64,000 nucleotides of DNA from NCBI GenBank assembly GCA_050298595.1, contig JBNKUM010000062.1, positions 42,048 through 106,047 of the forward strand, written 5' to 3'. Each line of letters starts with the position of its first letter. Position 1 is the stretch's first letter. This document shows positions 1 through 12,456 of the stretch, one piece after another. The position numbers and the translations under genes were made by a program. The notes beneath the pieces are model-generated. The model was given only the letters and a program-made list of their open reading frames with translations, did not search any database and was not told where the DNA came from. The stretch is from Gammaproteobacteria bacterium (lineage in GTDB: Bacteria > Pseudomonadota > Gammaproteobacteria > GCA-001735895).

Positions 1-890
1 GCGAGCATCTCTTGTATGCAAGTTTGATCACCATTTAAAGCAGCTACGGCAGCAGCCTGGGAGATAGAAGCTGGATTTGAGGTGCTTTGGGACTGTATTT
101 TTTTCATCGCCCGGATGATATTGACGGGGCCTGCAGCATATCCAATTCGCCACCCAGTCATGGAATAGGCTTTGGATACCCCATTCAGTACCAGGCAGCG
201 ATCATATAAATCTGCGTTCGCATTCAGAATATTGCTGAAGCCTTCGTCATTCCAGATGATGTGTTCGTACATGTCATCGGTAACCACCAGAATTTCGGGG
301 TGCTGGATTAACACGTCGGCAATGTCCTTTAATTCCTTGTGGGAATAGGCTATACCAGTGGGATTAGAAGGACTGTTAATGACTACTATGCGAGTCTTCG
401 GAGTAATCGATGCCAGCAGTTTTTCCGCTGTCATTTTAAAGTTTTCAGCCAGGGTGCTTTCAACCACCACGGGTACTGCATCAGCCAGAAGTACCATATC
501 AGGATAAGAAACCCAGTAAGGCGCGGGGATGATGACTTCGTCACCTTTATTCAGGTATGCCTGACAAAGGTTGAAAAAGCTTTGCTTACCACCACTGGAA
601 ACCAGTATCTGGTCGGCTGCATAGTCGAGACCGTTGTCTCGTTTAAATTTATCAATAATCGCCTGTTTCAGTTCTGCTGTTCCATCAACGGCGGTATACT
701 TGGTCTGGCCGTTGTTAATGGCTTGTATAGCAGCCTGTTTAATATGTTGCGGGGTATCGAAGTCGGGTTCGCCTGCGCCCAGCCCGATGACATCACGTCC
801 CTGAGCACGAAGTTGACTGGCAAGATTGGTTACTGCCAGGGTTGGAGAAGGTTTGATAGCATTGACACGGTCAGATAGTCGGTATTTCAA
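1..890 (-). CDS. aspC: PLP-dependent class I aminotransferase (aspartate aminotransferase), 3' end outside window
   Basis: Manual minus-strand translation from TTG at 890: MKYRLSDRVNAIKPSPTLAVTNLASQLRAQGRDVIGLGAGEPDFDTP..., later LNGVSKAYSMTGWRIGY (PLP-binding Lys motif); divergent from uvrB. Confidence 0.9.
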   Translation of the reverse strand, partial: MKYRLSDRVNAIKPSPTLAVTNLASQLRAQGRDVIGLGAGEPDFDTPQHIKQAAIQAINNGQTKYTAVDGTAELKQAIIDKFKRDNGLDYAADQILVSSGGKQSFFNLCQAYLNKGDEVIIPAPYWVSYPDMVLLADAVPVVVESTLAENFKMTAEKLLASITPKTRIVVINSPSNPTGIAYSHKELKDIADVLIQHPEILVVTDDMYEHIIWNDEGFSNILNANADLYDRCLVLNGVSKAYSMTGWRIGYAAGPVNIIRAMKKIQSQSTSNPASISQAAAVAALNGDQTCIQEML

Positions 891-1027
891 GTCGATGGCC
901 CTTACTTTGATTAATCGTGAAAAGCTTTAGCATACAGTCTGATTCAGGGCTGATAAAGTGTTACCGCTAGCTTAAAAATTAAATTGTTATTCTGTTTGAA
1001 TAAATAAAGTGTGGAAGTTATTTCTGT

Positions 1028-3034
1028 ATGTCAAAACCGTTCCAACTGGTAACCAATTATCAGCCTGCTGGTGACCAGCCTCAGGCAATAGCTGGTCTGA
1101 TTGAAGGGATCAATGATGGCTTGATGCATCAGACCCTGCTGGGTGTCACCGGCTCGGGTAAAACCTTTACCATGGCTAATGTGATTGCTGATTTACAACG
1201 TCCGGCTATCATTATGGCGCATAATAAAACCCTGGCTGCTCAGCTATATGGAGAGATGAAAGAGTTTTTCCCCAATAACTCTGTGCAATACTTTGTTTCC
1301 TATTACGACTATTACCAGCCCGAAGCTTATGTGGCTGCATCGGATACCTTCATAGAAAAGGATGCATCGATTAATGAGCATATCGAACAGATGCGCCTGT
1401 CAGCTACCAAGTCTTTGTTCGAACGTAAAGATACGATTATTGTAGCGTCTGTCTCTGCTATCTATGGTTTAGGTGACCCTGAGTCCTATCTCAAGATGTT
1501 GTTGCATGTGGTGCAGGGCGATCTGATCGATCAGCGTAGAATACTGCGCAGGCTGGCCGAGTTGCAGTACACCCGCAACGATATTGAGCTCAAACGGGGT
1601 ACCTATCGAGTACGCGGAGACGTTATCGAAATTCACCCGGCAGATAGTGAACGCGAAGCAGTGCGTATTGAATTGTTTGATAATGAGGTCGAGCAACTCA
1701 GTATGTTTGATCCCTTAACAGGAGAGATACTGGAGCGGGTTAAGCGTATTACTGTCTACCCTAAAACACACTATGTTACTCCTCGCGAAACCATTGTAGC
1801 AGCGCTGGAAGATATTAAGGTTGAATTGCAGCAGCGTCTGGCACAACTGACCGAATTGAACAAACTGGTTGAAGCGCAACGTCTGGAACAGCGCGTCAAT
1901 TATGATATTGAGATGATGCTGGAGCTGGGCTATTGCAGTGGTATAGAAAACTACTCGCGCTATCTATCGGGCAGACAACCTGGCGAGCCGCCACCGACTT
2001 TATTTGATTACTTACCAAAAGATTGCCTGTTGTTCATTGATGAAAGCCATGTCAGTGTGCCGCAGATCGGTGGTATGTATAAAGGTGATCGTTCGCGTAA
2101 GGAAACTCTGGTTGAGTATGGGTTTCGGCTACCATCTGCGCTGGATAATCGACCACTACGTTTTGAGGAATTTGAGCGCCTGTCTCCGCAGACGATATTT
2201 GTTTCCGCTACACCTGGAAAATATGAAGATGAAAATGCTGCTGCAGTGGTCGAACAGGTAGTGCGCCCCACCGGGCTGGTTGATCCGGTTATTGAGATTA
2301 AACCCGCCACCTCACAGGTAGATGATCTGCTTTCAGAAATCAATGTGCGGGTAAATTTATCTGAACGGGTGCTGGTTACTACGCTAACCAAGCGCATGGC
2401 TGAGGATTTGACCGACTACCTGGGTGAGCATGGGATTAAAGTCCGCTACCTTCATTCGGATATAGATACGGTAGAACGCATGGAAATCATTCGTGATTTA
2501 CGTCTGGGTGAATTCGACGTGCTAGTCGGAATCAATTTGCTCCGCGAAGGTCTGGATATGCCAGAGGTTTCACTGGTGGCCATACTGGATGCTGATAAGG
2601 AAGGTTTTTTGAGATCGGACCGGGCTCTGATACAGACTATAGGTCGAGCAGCAAGAAACCTCACTGGTAAAGCCATACTTTATGCTGACCGGATAACGGG
2701 GTCCATGCAGCGTGCTATCGATGAAACACAAAGACGTCGCGACAAGCAACTGGCCTTTAATAAGGAACATAACATTACACCTGTAGGTATCAGCAAGCAG
2801 ATAACCGATGTGATGGATATGGGGCAGGGACGGGGTACACCAGGTCTCCGTAAAATAGCTGAAGCTGAGGGCCTGTATCATCATAAAATGTCACCCACAG
2901 AGTTGAAAAAGCGTCTATCTGTATTGGAAAAGAAGATGTATGAACATGCGAATAACCTGGAGTTTGAACAGGCTGCACAGCTTAGAGATGAAATTGAAGC
3001 ACTTAAAAATAAACATTATATTGCTGAAGCTTAA
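1028..3034 (+). CDS. uvrB: Excinuclease ABC subunit B
   Basis: GVTGSGKT Walker [11 protein letters not shown] beta-hairpin, DESH, C-terminal UVR domain. Confidence 0.98.
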   Translation: MSKPFQLVTNYQPAGDQPQAIAGLIEGINDGLMHQTLLGVTGSGKTFTMANVIADLQRPAIIMAHNKTLAAQLYGEMKEFFPNNSVQYFVSYYDYYQPEAYVAASDTFIEKDASINEHIEQMRLSATKSLFERKDTIIVASVSAIYGLGDPESYLKMLLHVVQGDLIDQRRILRRLAELQYTRNDIELKRGTYRVRGDVIEIHPADSEREAVRIELFDNEVEQLSMFDPLTGEILERVKRITVYPKTHYVTPRETIVAALEDIKVELQQRLAQLTELNKLVEAQRLEQRVNYDIEMMLELGYCSGIENYSRYLSGRQPGEPPPTLFDYLPKDCLLFIDESHVSVPQIGGMYKGDRSRKETLVEYGFRLPSALDNRPLRFEEFERLSPQTIFVSATPGKYEDENAAAVVEQVVRPTGLVDPVIEIKPATSQVDDLLSEINVRVNLSERVLVTTLTKRMAEDLTDYLGEHGIKVRYLHSDIDTVERMEIIRDLRLGEFDVLVGINLLREGLDMPEVSLVAILDADKEGFLRSDRALIQTIGRAARNLTGKAILYADRITGSMQRAIDETQRRRDKQLAFNKEHNITPVGISKQITDVMDMGQGRGTPGLRKIAEAEGLYHHKMSPTELKKRLSVLEKKMYEHANNLEFEQAAQLRDEIEALKNKHYIAEA

Positions 3035-3216
3035 GCATATATATTGAAAGTTTAGACCTGGTTTAATGATTGGTAAGATTTCTCTATGTCAATTCTCAGT
3101 CTTAAAAACCTAAAGGCAATAAAAAGTTTCCATATTTCACACACTTATAAGCAGTGTATATATAGATAAAATTAAATAAATGGATTAGTATTCGTGTGGT
3201 TAAGCTAAGAAATCTC

Positions 3217-3238
3217 TGCATATTTTGATATGCACCAA
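3217..3238 (+). promoter_or_regulatory. FNR-like box overlapping a palindrome upstream of sqr
   Basis: TTGAT-atgc-ACCAA (3225-3238, one mismatch to TTGAT-N4-ATCAA) overlapping TGCATAT-N4-ATATGCA (3217-3234). Confidence 0.45.
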
Positions 3239-3310
3239 TTGTGTGATATGGATCTATGCAAAGGTTTCTTGAGAAAACCAAAAACCAAAACTAAAAAATA
3301 ATCAATTTAG

Positions 3311-4591
<1,281 letters not shown>

Positions 4592-4610
4592 TATCTACTG
4601 CAAGTAACTT

Positions 4611-4638
4611 AAAAAGCCCCATTTATGGGGCTTTTTTT
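4611..4638 (+). terminator. Rho-independent terminator after sqr
   Basis: AAAAAGCCCCAT-tt-ATGGGGCTTTTTTT. Confidence 0.85.
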
Positions 4639-4663
4639 ATTTTCTATTTCATGTAGTTGGAGA

Positions 4664-4691
4664 TTGATTATTTAATTTTGTGATGTAGAAT
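4664..4691 (+). promoter_or_regulatory. Sigma70 promoter for tRNA-Val/thrS
   Basis: TTGATT-16 nt-TAGAAT followed by a GC-rich discriminator. Confidence 0.55.
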
Positions 4692-4707
4692 ACCCGACCT
4701 GATTTGC

Positions 4708-4784
4708 AGGCGCGTAGCTCAGTTGGTTAGAGCACCACCTTGACATGGTGGGGGTCGGTGGTTCGAATCCACTCGCGCCTACCA
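4708..4784 (+). tRNA. tRNA-Val (GAC)
   Basis: Cloverleaf; anticodon arm ccacc-TTGACAT-ggtgg; GTTCGAATC T-loop; encoded CCA. Confidence 0.97.
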
Positions 4785-4839
4785 GATTTATCTGGTAGTA
4801 CTTTCCCGATTTTAATTAAACTATCTTTTTGATTAACAC

Positions 4840-4860
4840 GTGGCCTTTGGTAGGGGTCAC
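4840..4860 (+). promoter_or_regulatory. thrS translational operator (tRNA-Thr anticodon-arm mimic)
   Basis: Hairpin GUGGCCU-UUGGUAG-GGGUCAC with GGU at the anticodon position of a 7-nt loop, just upstream of the thrS SD. Confidence 0.7.
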
Positions 4861-4878
4861 CACTGAAACAGGATCAAT

Positions 4879-6792
4879 ATGCCTCAAGTTACACTTCCCG
4901 ATGGTTCTATTCGTTCGTTCGATCAAGCCGTATCAATCATAGAAATAGCTACTGATATTGGTCCAGGTCTAGCTAAAGCTACACTGGCTGGAAAGGTCAA
5001 TGGTCAACTGGTCGATGCCTCTTTTATTATTAGAGATGATGCTGAAGTCTCAATTATTACCAGTCGTGATGAAGAAGCGCTGGAGTTAATGAGACACGAC
5101 GCAGCTCATGTTATGGCCCAGGCGGTTCAGGAATTATACCCAGGAACACAGGTCACGATAGGGCCTGCGATTGAAGATGGCTTCTATTACGATTTTTATC
5201 GTGACGAGGCATTTACTCCAGACGATTTAACCCTGATCGAACAGCGGATGCATGAAATCGTCAAACGGAATCTACCTATTGTGCGAGAAGTCATGGATCG
5301 GGATCAGGCGGTTACTACTTTTGCTGATCTGGGTGAAGAATATAAGGTTGAGATTATTAAAGACATCATTCCCGAGGGTGAAGAAGTATCCATCTATCGT
5401 CAGGGAGACTGGTTTGATGTTTGTCGCGGTCCACATTTGCCATCTACCGGTAAGCTCGGGCAGGGCTTTAAGTTGATGAAGCTGGCAGGCGCTTACTGGC
5501 GTGGTGATTCCAATAATGTAATGCTGCAACGTATCTATGGAACTGCCTGGAGTGATAAGAAGCAGCTAAAGGATTACCTACATCGACTGGAAGAAGCTGA
5601 AAAGCGCGACCATCGTCGTATAGGTAAGAAGCTTGATCTATTCCATATTCAGGAAGAAGCACCGGGTGAGGTTTTCTGGCATGAAAAGGGCTGGACTATC
5701 TATCAGGCCGTTCAGCAATACATGCGCAAGAAACAGCAGCAGTATAACTATAAGGAAATCAATACACCTCAGGTTGTGGATTTTTCTCTGTGGGAAAAAT
5801 CAGGCCATGCGGCCAAGTTCAGTGCTGATATGTTCACGCTGGAAGCTGAAGGCAGGCAGTTTGCAATCAAGCCAATGAATTGTCCCTGTCATATTCAAGT
5901 GTTTAATCAGGGCTTGAAAAGCTACCGAGATTTACCATTAAGACTTGCTGAGTTTGGTTCCTGCCATCGAAATGAAATGTCAGGTGCGTTACATGGATTG
6001 ATGCGGGTAAGAGCGTTTGTGCAGGATGATGCACATATCTTTTGTACCGAACAGCAGATTCAGTCCGAAGTGGCTGATTTCATCGATTTCCTGCATGAGG
6101 TTTATAGGGATTTTGGCTTTAATGAAGTGATCTATCGCTTATCCACTCGTCCTGAAAATCGTGTTGGTAGTGACGAGGTTTGGGATAAAGCTGAAAAGGC
6201 ATTAGCCGAAGCAATGGATGCCAAACAGCTGGATTGGGATGAGTTACCTGGAGAAGGCGCTTTTTATGGACCAAAAATCGAATTTACTTTGAAAGATTGT
6301 ATAGGACGTGAGTGGCAATGTGGTACGATCCAGGTCGACTTTTCTATGCCGGGTCGTCTGAACGCGCAATATGTTGATGAAGACGGTTCGCGTCAAACTC
6401 CAGTCATGCTGCACCGAGCGATTCTGGGATCATTTGAGCGATTTATTGGGATTCTTATAGAACAGCATGAAGGCAAGATGCCGCTCTGGTTATCCCCCGT
6501 ACAGGCTGTTCTGATGAATATAACTGATAAACAGGCTGCTTATATTCAAGATGTTGAAAAAAGTCTTAAAAATCAGGGTTTCAGAGTAATTTCTGACTTG
6601 AGAAACGAGAAGATCGGCTTTAAAATTCGCGAGCACACAATGCAGCGCGTTCCTTACCTCCTTGTAGTCGGTGATCGGGAGATGGAGCAGGGTGAGATTG
6701 CTGTACGTAGTCAGGCAGGTGAAGATCTGGGAAGTATGAAGATCGACGCTTTTATCTCTAGAGCTCAGGCTCAGATACAAAACTACGAATAG
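4879..6792 (+). CDS. thrS: Threonine--tRNA ligase
   Basis: TGS domain, CRGPH editing motif, [19 protein letters not shown]. Confidence 0.98.
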   Translation: MPQVTLPDGSIRSFDQAVSIIEIATDIGPGLAKATLAGKVNGQLVDASFIIRDDAEVSIITSRDEEALELMRHDAAHVMAQAVQELYPGTQVTIGPAIEDGFYYDFYRDEAFTPDDLTLIEQRMHEIVKRNLPIVREVMDRDQAVTTFADLGEEYKVEIIKDIIPEGEEVSIYRQGDWFDVCRGPHLPSTGKLGQGFKLMKLAGAYWRGDSNNVMLQRIYGTAWSDKKQLKDYLHRLEEAEKRDHRRIGKKLDLFHIQEEAPGEVFWHEKGWTIYQAVQQYMRKKQQQYNYKEINTPQVVDFSLWEKSGHAAKFSADMFTLEAEGRQFAIKPMNCPCHIQVFNQGLKSYRDLPLRLAEFGSCHRNEMSGALHGLMRVRAFVQDDAHIFCTEQQIQSEVADFIDFLHEVYRDFGFNEVIYRLSTRPENRVGSDEVWDKAEKALAEAMDAKQLDWDELPGEGAFYGPKIEFTLKDCIGREWQCGTIQVDFSMPGRLNAQYVDEDGSRQTPVMLHRAILGSFERFIGILIEQHEGKMPLWLSPVQAVLMNITDKQAAYIQDVEKSLKNQGFRVISDLRNEKIGFKIREHTMQRVPYLLVVGDREMEQGEIAVRSQAGEDLGSMKIDAFISRAQAQIQNYE

Positions 6793-6829
6793 TAATTGAG
6801 TTATATGAATAATTGCGAGGAATAATCCA

Positions 6830-7348
6830 ATCGCTGATGATAAGCAAAGTCGTTTAAATGACGAAATTACGGTTCCTGAAGTTAGATTAATCGATCAGGA
6901 TGGTGAACAAAAAGGTATTGTTTCAATACAGGAAGCTCTACAGGCCGCGGCAGATGCCGAACTGGATCTGGTAGAAATTGTACCGAACAGTAAACCTCCA
7001 GTATGCCGCCTGATGGACTTTGGTAAGTTCAGGTTTCAGCAAAAGAAAAAATTACATGACCAGCGCAAGAAACAGCGCCAGATACAGATTAAGGAAATTA
7101 AATTCCGACCTGGAACTGAATTGGGCGACTATCAGGTCAAGTTAAGAAAACTGACTGAGTTCATAGAGGCAGGCGATCGAGCCAAGGTGACTGTACGTTT
7201 CCGTGGCCGAGAAATGGCTCATATGGAATTGGGAAGAAATTTACTCAAGCGTATCGAAGAAGATATGAGTGAGGTAGCGACGGTGGATCAATATCCGCAG
7301 TCAGAAGGCCGTCAGATGACGATGTTACTGGTGCCTAAAAAGAAATAA
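6830..7348 (+). CDS. infC: Translation initiation factor IF-3 (non-canonical ATC start)
   Basis: Frame stays open upstream of ATG 7013 ([22 protein letters not shown]...[11 protein letters not shown]) to ATC at 6830, with GAGGA SD 8 nt upstream. Confidence 0.93.
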   Translation: MADDKQSRLNDEITVPEVRLIDQDGEQKGIVSIQEALQAAADAELDLVEIVPNSKPPVCRLMDFGKFRFQQKKKLHDQRKKQRQIQIKEIKFRPGTELGDYQVKLRKLTEFIEAGDRAKVTVRFRGREMAHMELGRNLLKRIEEDMSEVATVDQYPQSEGRQMTMLLVPKKK

Positions 7349-7466
7349 TCAGTAATACTGCCTGCGCAGTATTCGATTATTCAGTCGAAAGACTGGAAGT
7401 ATACCCAAACACGCAGACTCCGGCGTGCAGGGTTTTTATTTACTATTTATCGAACGGGAGTTTGAA

Positions 7467-7664
7467 ATGCCTAAAATCAAATCGAGCCGGGGCGCTGCCA
7501 AGCGCTTCAAACGTAATGCGGCAGGTAACTATAAACGTGGCCAGTCTCATTTACGTCATATCCTCACCAAAAAGAGCAGCAAGCGTAAACGTCATCTGGG
7601 CGATATGCTTGAAGTTAATGCTAGTGATGTACGTCAGGTACGTCGTCTTTTACCCTATACATAG
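7467..7664 (+). CDS. rpmI: 50S ribosomal protein L35
   Basis: [15 protein letters not shown]...HILTKK; SD GGGAG. Confidence 0.97.
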   Translation: MPKIKSSRGAAKRFKRNAAGNYKRGQSHLRHILTKKSSKRKRHLGDMLEVNASDVRQVRRLLPYT

Positions 7665-7675
7665 GAAGGTGAGAA

Positions 7676-8041
7676 ATGCCTAGAGTTAAACGCGGTGTAA
7701 CCGCACACGCACGTCATAAAAAAATTCTGGATAAAGCCAAAGGTTATCGTGGTGCACGCAGTAAGGTGTTCCGGGTAGCCAAGCAGGCTGTTACTAAAGC
7801 TGGCCAATACGCATACCGTGACCGTAAACAGAGAAAACGTCAGTTTCGTGCCTTATGGATCGCGCGTATTAATGCTGCTGCACGTGAAAACGGCATGTCT
7901 TATAGCGTATTCATGAATGGTCTGAAAAAAGCTGCAATTGAAGTTGATCGTAAGGTTCTTGCTGATATCGCAGTTTTTGATAAGCCAGCCTTTACCACTC
8001 TGGTTGAAAAAGCCAAAGCTGGTCTACAAGCTACTGCTTAA
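7676..8041 (+). CDS. rplT: 50S ribosomal protein L20
   Basis: [16 protein letters not shown]...[11 protein letters not shown]. Confidence 0.98.
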   Translation: MPRVKRGVTAHARHKKILDKAKGYRGARSKVFRVAKQAVTKAGQYAYRDRKQRKRQFRALWIARINAAARENGMSYSVFMNGLKKAAIEVDRKVLADIAVFDKPAFTTLVEKAKAGLQATA

Positions 8042-9115
<1,074 letters not shown>

Positions 9116-9130
9116 TATCCGGTTGCTAAC

Positions 9131-11500
9131 ATGAAAATAAGTGAAAATTGGCTGAGAGAATGGGCTAATCCAGAATTAACCAGTGCACAGCTGGTCGCTC
9201 AATTGACTATGGCTGGGCTGGAAGTTGATTCAGTAGAAGCAGCGGCTCCAGACCTTGATAAAGTGGTTGTCGCTGAAGTCCTAAGCTGTACCCAACATCC
9301 TGATGCAGATCGTTTAAATTTGTGCACCGTAAATGACGGTACAGGGGAGCCTGTGCAGGTTGTGTGTGGTGCGAAAAATGTTAAGCAAGGTTTGAAAGTT
9401 GTATTTGCACAGGTGGGCGCTGAACTACCTGGCTTTAAAATCAAGAAAGCTAAGCTACGTGGTGTCGAATCCAACGGCATGATTTGTTCTGAATCTGAAT
9501 TGAAGCTAGCTGAGTCATCTGAAGGGATTCTGATACTGCCTGATGATGCTCCTGTCGGAACTTCTATCGTCAATTACCTTGGGCTTGATGATACGCTGAT
9601 CGAAATCGATCTAACGCCTAATCGAGGTGATTGTTTAAGTGTCGCCGGTATTGCGAGGGAAGTGGTTGCAAATAATGGTGTACCTATAACGCCCCCTGAA
9701 GATCATAAGGTAGCCGATAGTATTCAGGACACTTTCTCTGTCGAGCTGATAAATGCAGAAGCCTGTCCTCATTATGTTGGACGAATCATCCGTGGTGTAA
9801 AAGCTGATGCCGAATCACCCTTATGGATGAAAGAAAAGCTGAGACGTTGTGGACTACGTTCTATTAGTCCAGTGGTCGATGTAACCAATTACGTGATGAT
9901 GGAACTTGGTCAGCCGATGCATGGCTTTGACCTGAACAAGCTCAGTGGTGGTATTCGAGTGCGTAATGCTCATGCCGGAGAAAAAATTGAGCTACTTGAT
10001 GGTTCTGAAGTTGAATGTCGAGATGATACTCTGGTAATAGCGGATCATGAAAAAGCAGTTGCCCTGGCTGGAATCATGGGTGGGCAGGGTTCATCTGTTC
10101 AAGATGATACTACTGATATTTTGCTGGAAGCTGCATTTTTCACCCCCAGACATATTGCTGGAAAGGCGCGTAGTTACGGTCTTCATACTGATTCCTCTCA
10201 CCGTTTTGAGCGTGGTGTTGATCCTGAGCTTCAAGTAACAGCAATCCACCGTGCGAGTAAACTTTTAATCGAGATTGTTGGCGGAGAGGCGGGCCCTGTT
10301 TTCGAAAAATTAGCATCAGAGAATTTACCCATTAAACCGGATATTCTATTGCGACATGCGCGTATTGAGCGTCTGCTGGGTATAAAGGTTAGCCAGCAAC
10401 AGGTTGAGAAAATTCTTACAGGTCTGAATATTGAATCTACCCAGCAAGCTGATGACTGGTTGGTTAAAGCACCAAGCTATCGCTTTGATATTAATATCGA
10501 AGTGGACCTGATAGAGGAAATAGGCCGCATTATTGGTTATGACAATATTCCTGGCACTCAGGAGGCTGTACACGCGAGAATGAGTTCTTTCTCTGAATCC
10601 AGAGTTGATGTTGATCGCATGCGCAACTTATTGGTTGATCGAGGCTATTACGAAGCAATTACCTACTCATTCGTTTCACCGGAAATTCAGGAAATTCTGC
10701 ATCCAGAACAGGAAACGCTTTCACTCAGTAATCCAATCTCTTCAGATATGTCTGAAATGCGTACCCGGCTGCTACCTGGCCTTATTCAGGTTGCCAGGCA
10801 TAATCTTAATAGACAGCAATCACGTATTAGACTGTTTGAAACAGGGTTGTGCTTTATACCTGAGGGTGAAGAACTGATTCAAAAACCTCATATTTCTGCA
10901 ATCATATCGGGTAATAGTGAGGCGGAAAGCTGGACAGCCGAAAACAAAGCAGTTGATTTTTATGATATTAAAGGTGATTTGCAGTCTCTGATGCAAATGG
11001 CCAATGCACAGGAATTTGAGTTTAGGAAAACTCAAAATCAAATCATGCATCCTGGTCAGGCGGCGGATATCTATTTTCAGGATGAGTTAGTTGGATTTGT
11101 TGGCGCCTTGCATCCAGCTGTATTGAAAGCACTGGATATAGATCAAAAACTGTTTGTGTTTGAAATTGAATTAGAGGTGTTGCTGTCTCGTCGTGTGACT
11201 GAGTTCAAAGGTTTATCTAAATTCCCTTCTATCAGGCGTGATTTAGCTCTGATGGTAGACGAAAACGTGACGGCTCAAGAGTTGATTGATACGATATATT
11301 CTTTAAAGTCCAAAATAATCCATGACGTTTTTGTATTTGATGTCTATACTGGTAACGAATTCATAAGTTTTCGAAAAAGTGTCGCTTTAGGCTTGATTTT
11401 ACAGGACTTTTCACGCACTCTAATGGATCAGGATGTCGAGAAAACTGTTTCAGATGTTCTGCATATTCTCGAAAAACAACATAATGCAGTCTTGAGGTAA
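9131..11500 (+). CDS. pheT: Phenylalanine--tRNA ligase beta subunit
   Basis: MKISENWLREW, TPNRGDCLS, RFERGVD, FPSIRRDLA. Confidence 0.98.
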   Translation: MKISENWLREWANPELTSAQLVAQLTMAGLEVDSVEAAAPDLDKVVVAEVLSCTQHPDADRLNLCTVNDGTGEPVQVVCGAKNVKQGLKVVFAQVGAELPGFKIKKAKLRGVESNGMICSESELKLAESSEGILILPDDAPVGTSIVNYLGLDDTLIEIDLTPNRGDCLSVAGIAREVVANNGVPITPPEDHKVADSIQDTFSVELINAEACPHYVGRIIRGVKADAESPLWMKEKLRRCGLRSISPVVDVTNYVMMELGQPMHGFDLNKLSGGIRVRNAHAGEKIELLDGSEVECRDDTLVIADHEKAVALAGIMGGQGSSVQDDTTDILLEAAFFTPRHIAGKARSYGLHTDSSHRFERGVDPELQVTAIHRASKLLIEIVGGEAGPVFEKLASENLPIKPDILLRHARIERLLGIKVSQQQVEKILTGLNIESTQQADDWLVKAPSYRFDINIEVDLIEEIGRIIGYDNIPGTQEAVHARMSSFSESRVDVDRMRNLLVDRGYYEAITYSFVSPEIQEILHPEQETLSLSNPISSDMSEMRTRLLPGLIQVARHNLNRQQSRIRLFETGLCFIPEGEELIQKPHISAIISGNSEAESWTAENKAVDFYDIKGDLQSLMQMANAQEFEFRKTQNQIMHPGQAADIYFQDELVGFVGALHPAVLKALDIDQKLFVFEIELEVLLSRRVTEFKGLSKFPSIRRDLALMVDENVTAQELIDTIYSLKSKIIHDVFVFDVYTGNEFISFRKSVALGLILQDFSRTLMDQDVEKTVSDVLHILEKQHNAVLR

Positions 11501-11507
11501 ATAATTC

Positions 11508-11804
11508 ATGTCTTTGACCAAAGCTGATATGGCCGAAATGCTGTTTGATGAACTTGGTCTCAATAAACGCGAAGCCAAAGAGATCGTTGAACATTTTTTC
11601 GAAGAAGTTAAAGTGGCGCTGGAGACTGGGCATCAGGTAAAGCTTTCGGGGTTTGGAAATTTTCTAACTCGATCCAAAGCTGAACGACCAGGACGTAATC
11701 CAAAAACAGGCGAAGAGATTCCAATCTCAGCCCGTAAAGTTGTCACATTTCGGCCTGGACAAAAATTAAAAATCAGAGTTGAAGCATATGCTGGAAGCGA
11801 GTAA
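11508..11804 (+). CDS. ihfA: Integration host factor alpha
   Basis: [21 protein letters not shown]; follows pheT. Confidence 0.97.
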   Translation: MSLTKADMAEMLFDELGLNKREAKEIVEHFFEEVKVALETGHQVKLSGFGNFLTRSKAERPGRNPKTGEEIPISARKVVTFRPGQKLKIRVEAYAGSE

Positions 11805-12144
11805 CAATGATGAATTACCAGTTATCCCTGGTAAGCGTTACTTCACCATTGGTGAGGTCGCAGAACTATGTGATGTTAAACCACATGTTCTTCGTTATTG
11901 GGAGCAGGAATTTCCGCAACTTAAACCCGTAAAACGTCGAGGTAATCGCCGTTATTATCAACGCCATGATGTATTGTTGATCCGTCAGATACGTTCTTTA
12001 TTATACGATGAAGGATTTACTATAGGCGGAGCACGACAAAGGCTTGAAGGTGTTGATGCAAAAGAAGATAATAACCAAAGTCAGCAAATCATTAAACAAA
12101 CTCTGATTGAACTGGAAGAATTACTCCACATTCTTAAGCGGTAG
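11788..12144 (+). CDS. MerR-family transcriptional regulator (ihfA-linked)
   Basis: [28 protein letters not shown]; usual ihfA-merR-tRNA-Pro arrangement. Confidence 0.93.
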   Translation: MLEASNNDELPVIPGKRYFTIGEVAELCDVKPHVLRYWEQEFPQLKPVKRRGNRRYYQRHDVLLIRQIRSLLYDEGFTIGGARQRLEGVDAKEDNNQSQQIIKQTLIELEELLHILKR

Positions 12145-12169
12145 TTCGGTTAAAAACCAATCATATATT

Positions 12170-12246
<77 letters not shown>

Positions 12247-12248
12247 TT

Positions 12249-12342
12249 TTCAAACTCTCGCTATTGCAGAGTTCTCTTTGGGGACCGAAGCATAGGCGAG
12301 AGGTTTTGAACCGAAAGAGGTTCATAAAATCGCCGCCTGAAC
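12249..12342. repeat. tRNA-linked inverted repeat (copy of tRNA-Pro T-arm/3' end)
   Basis: 12295-12312 GGCGAGAGGTTTTGAACC is a 17/18 reverse complement of tRNA positions 12222-12239; a degenerate direct copy lies at 12249-12264. Confidence 0.65.
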
Positions 12343-12456
12343 ATACTGATAATCAATCATGATAAGACTAATAGATTTGAGTCCGTGGCTTCATTGTAAA
12401 CTTCAAACCCATTCTGTCCACCTTGATAAACCATTTTGTGTGAAGAGGCAGCCCTG

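Noticed and set aside
339-878. 179-aa plus-strand ORF
   Set aside because: Antisense shadow of aspC, which occupies the minus strand with clear motifs
891-1027. LexA/SOS box upstream of uvrB
   Set aside because: No CTGT-N8-ACAG match found
7425-7466. N-terminal extension of L35 in the ORF track
   Set aside because: The conserved start MPKIK at 7467 has its own SD
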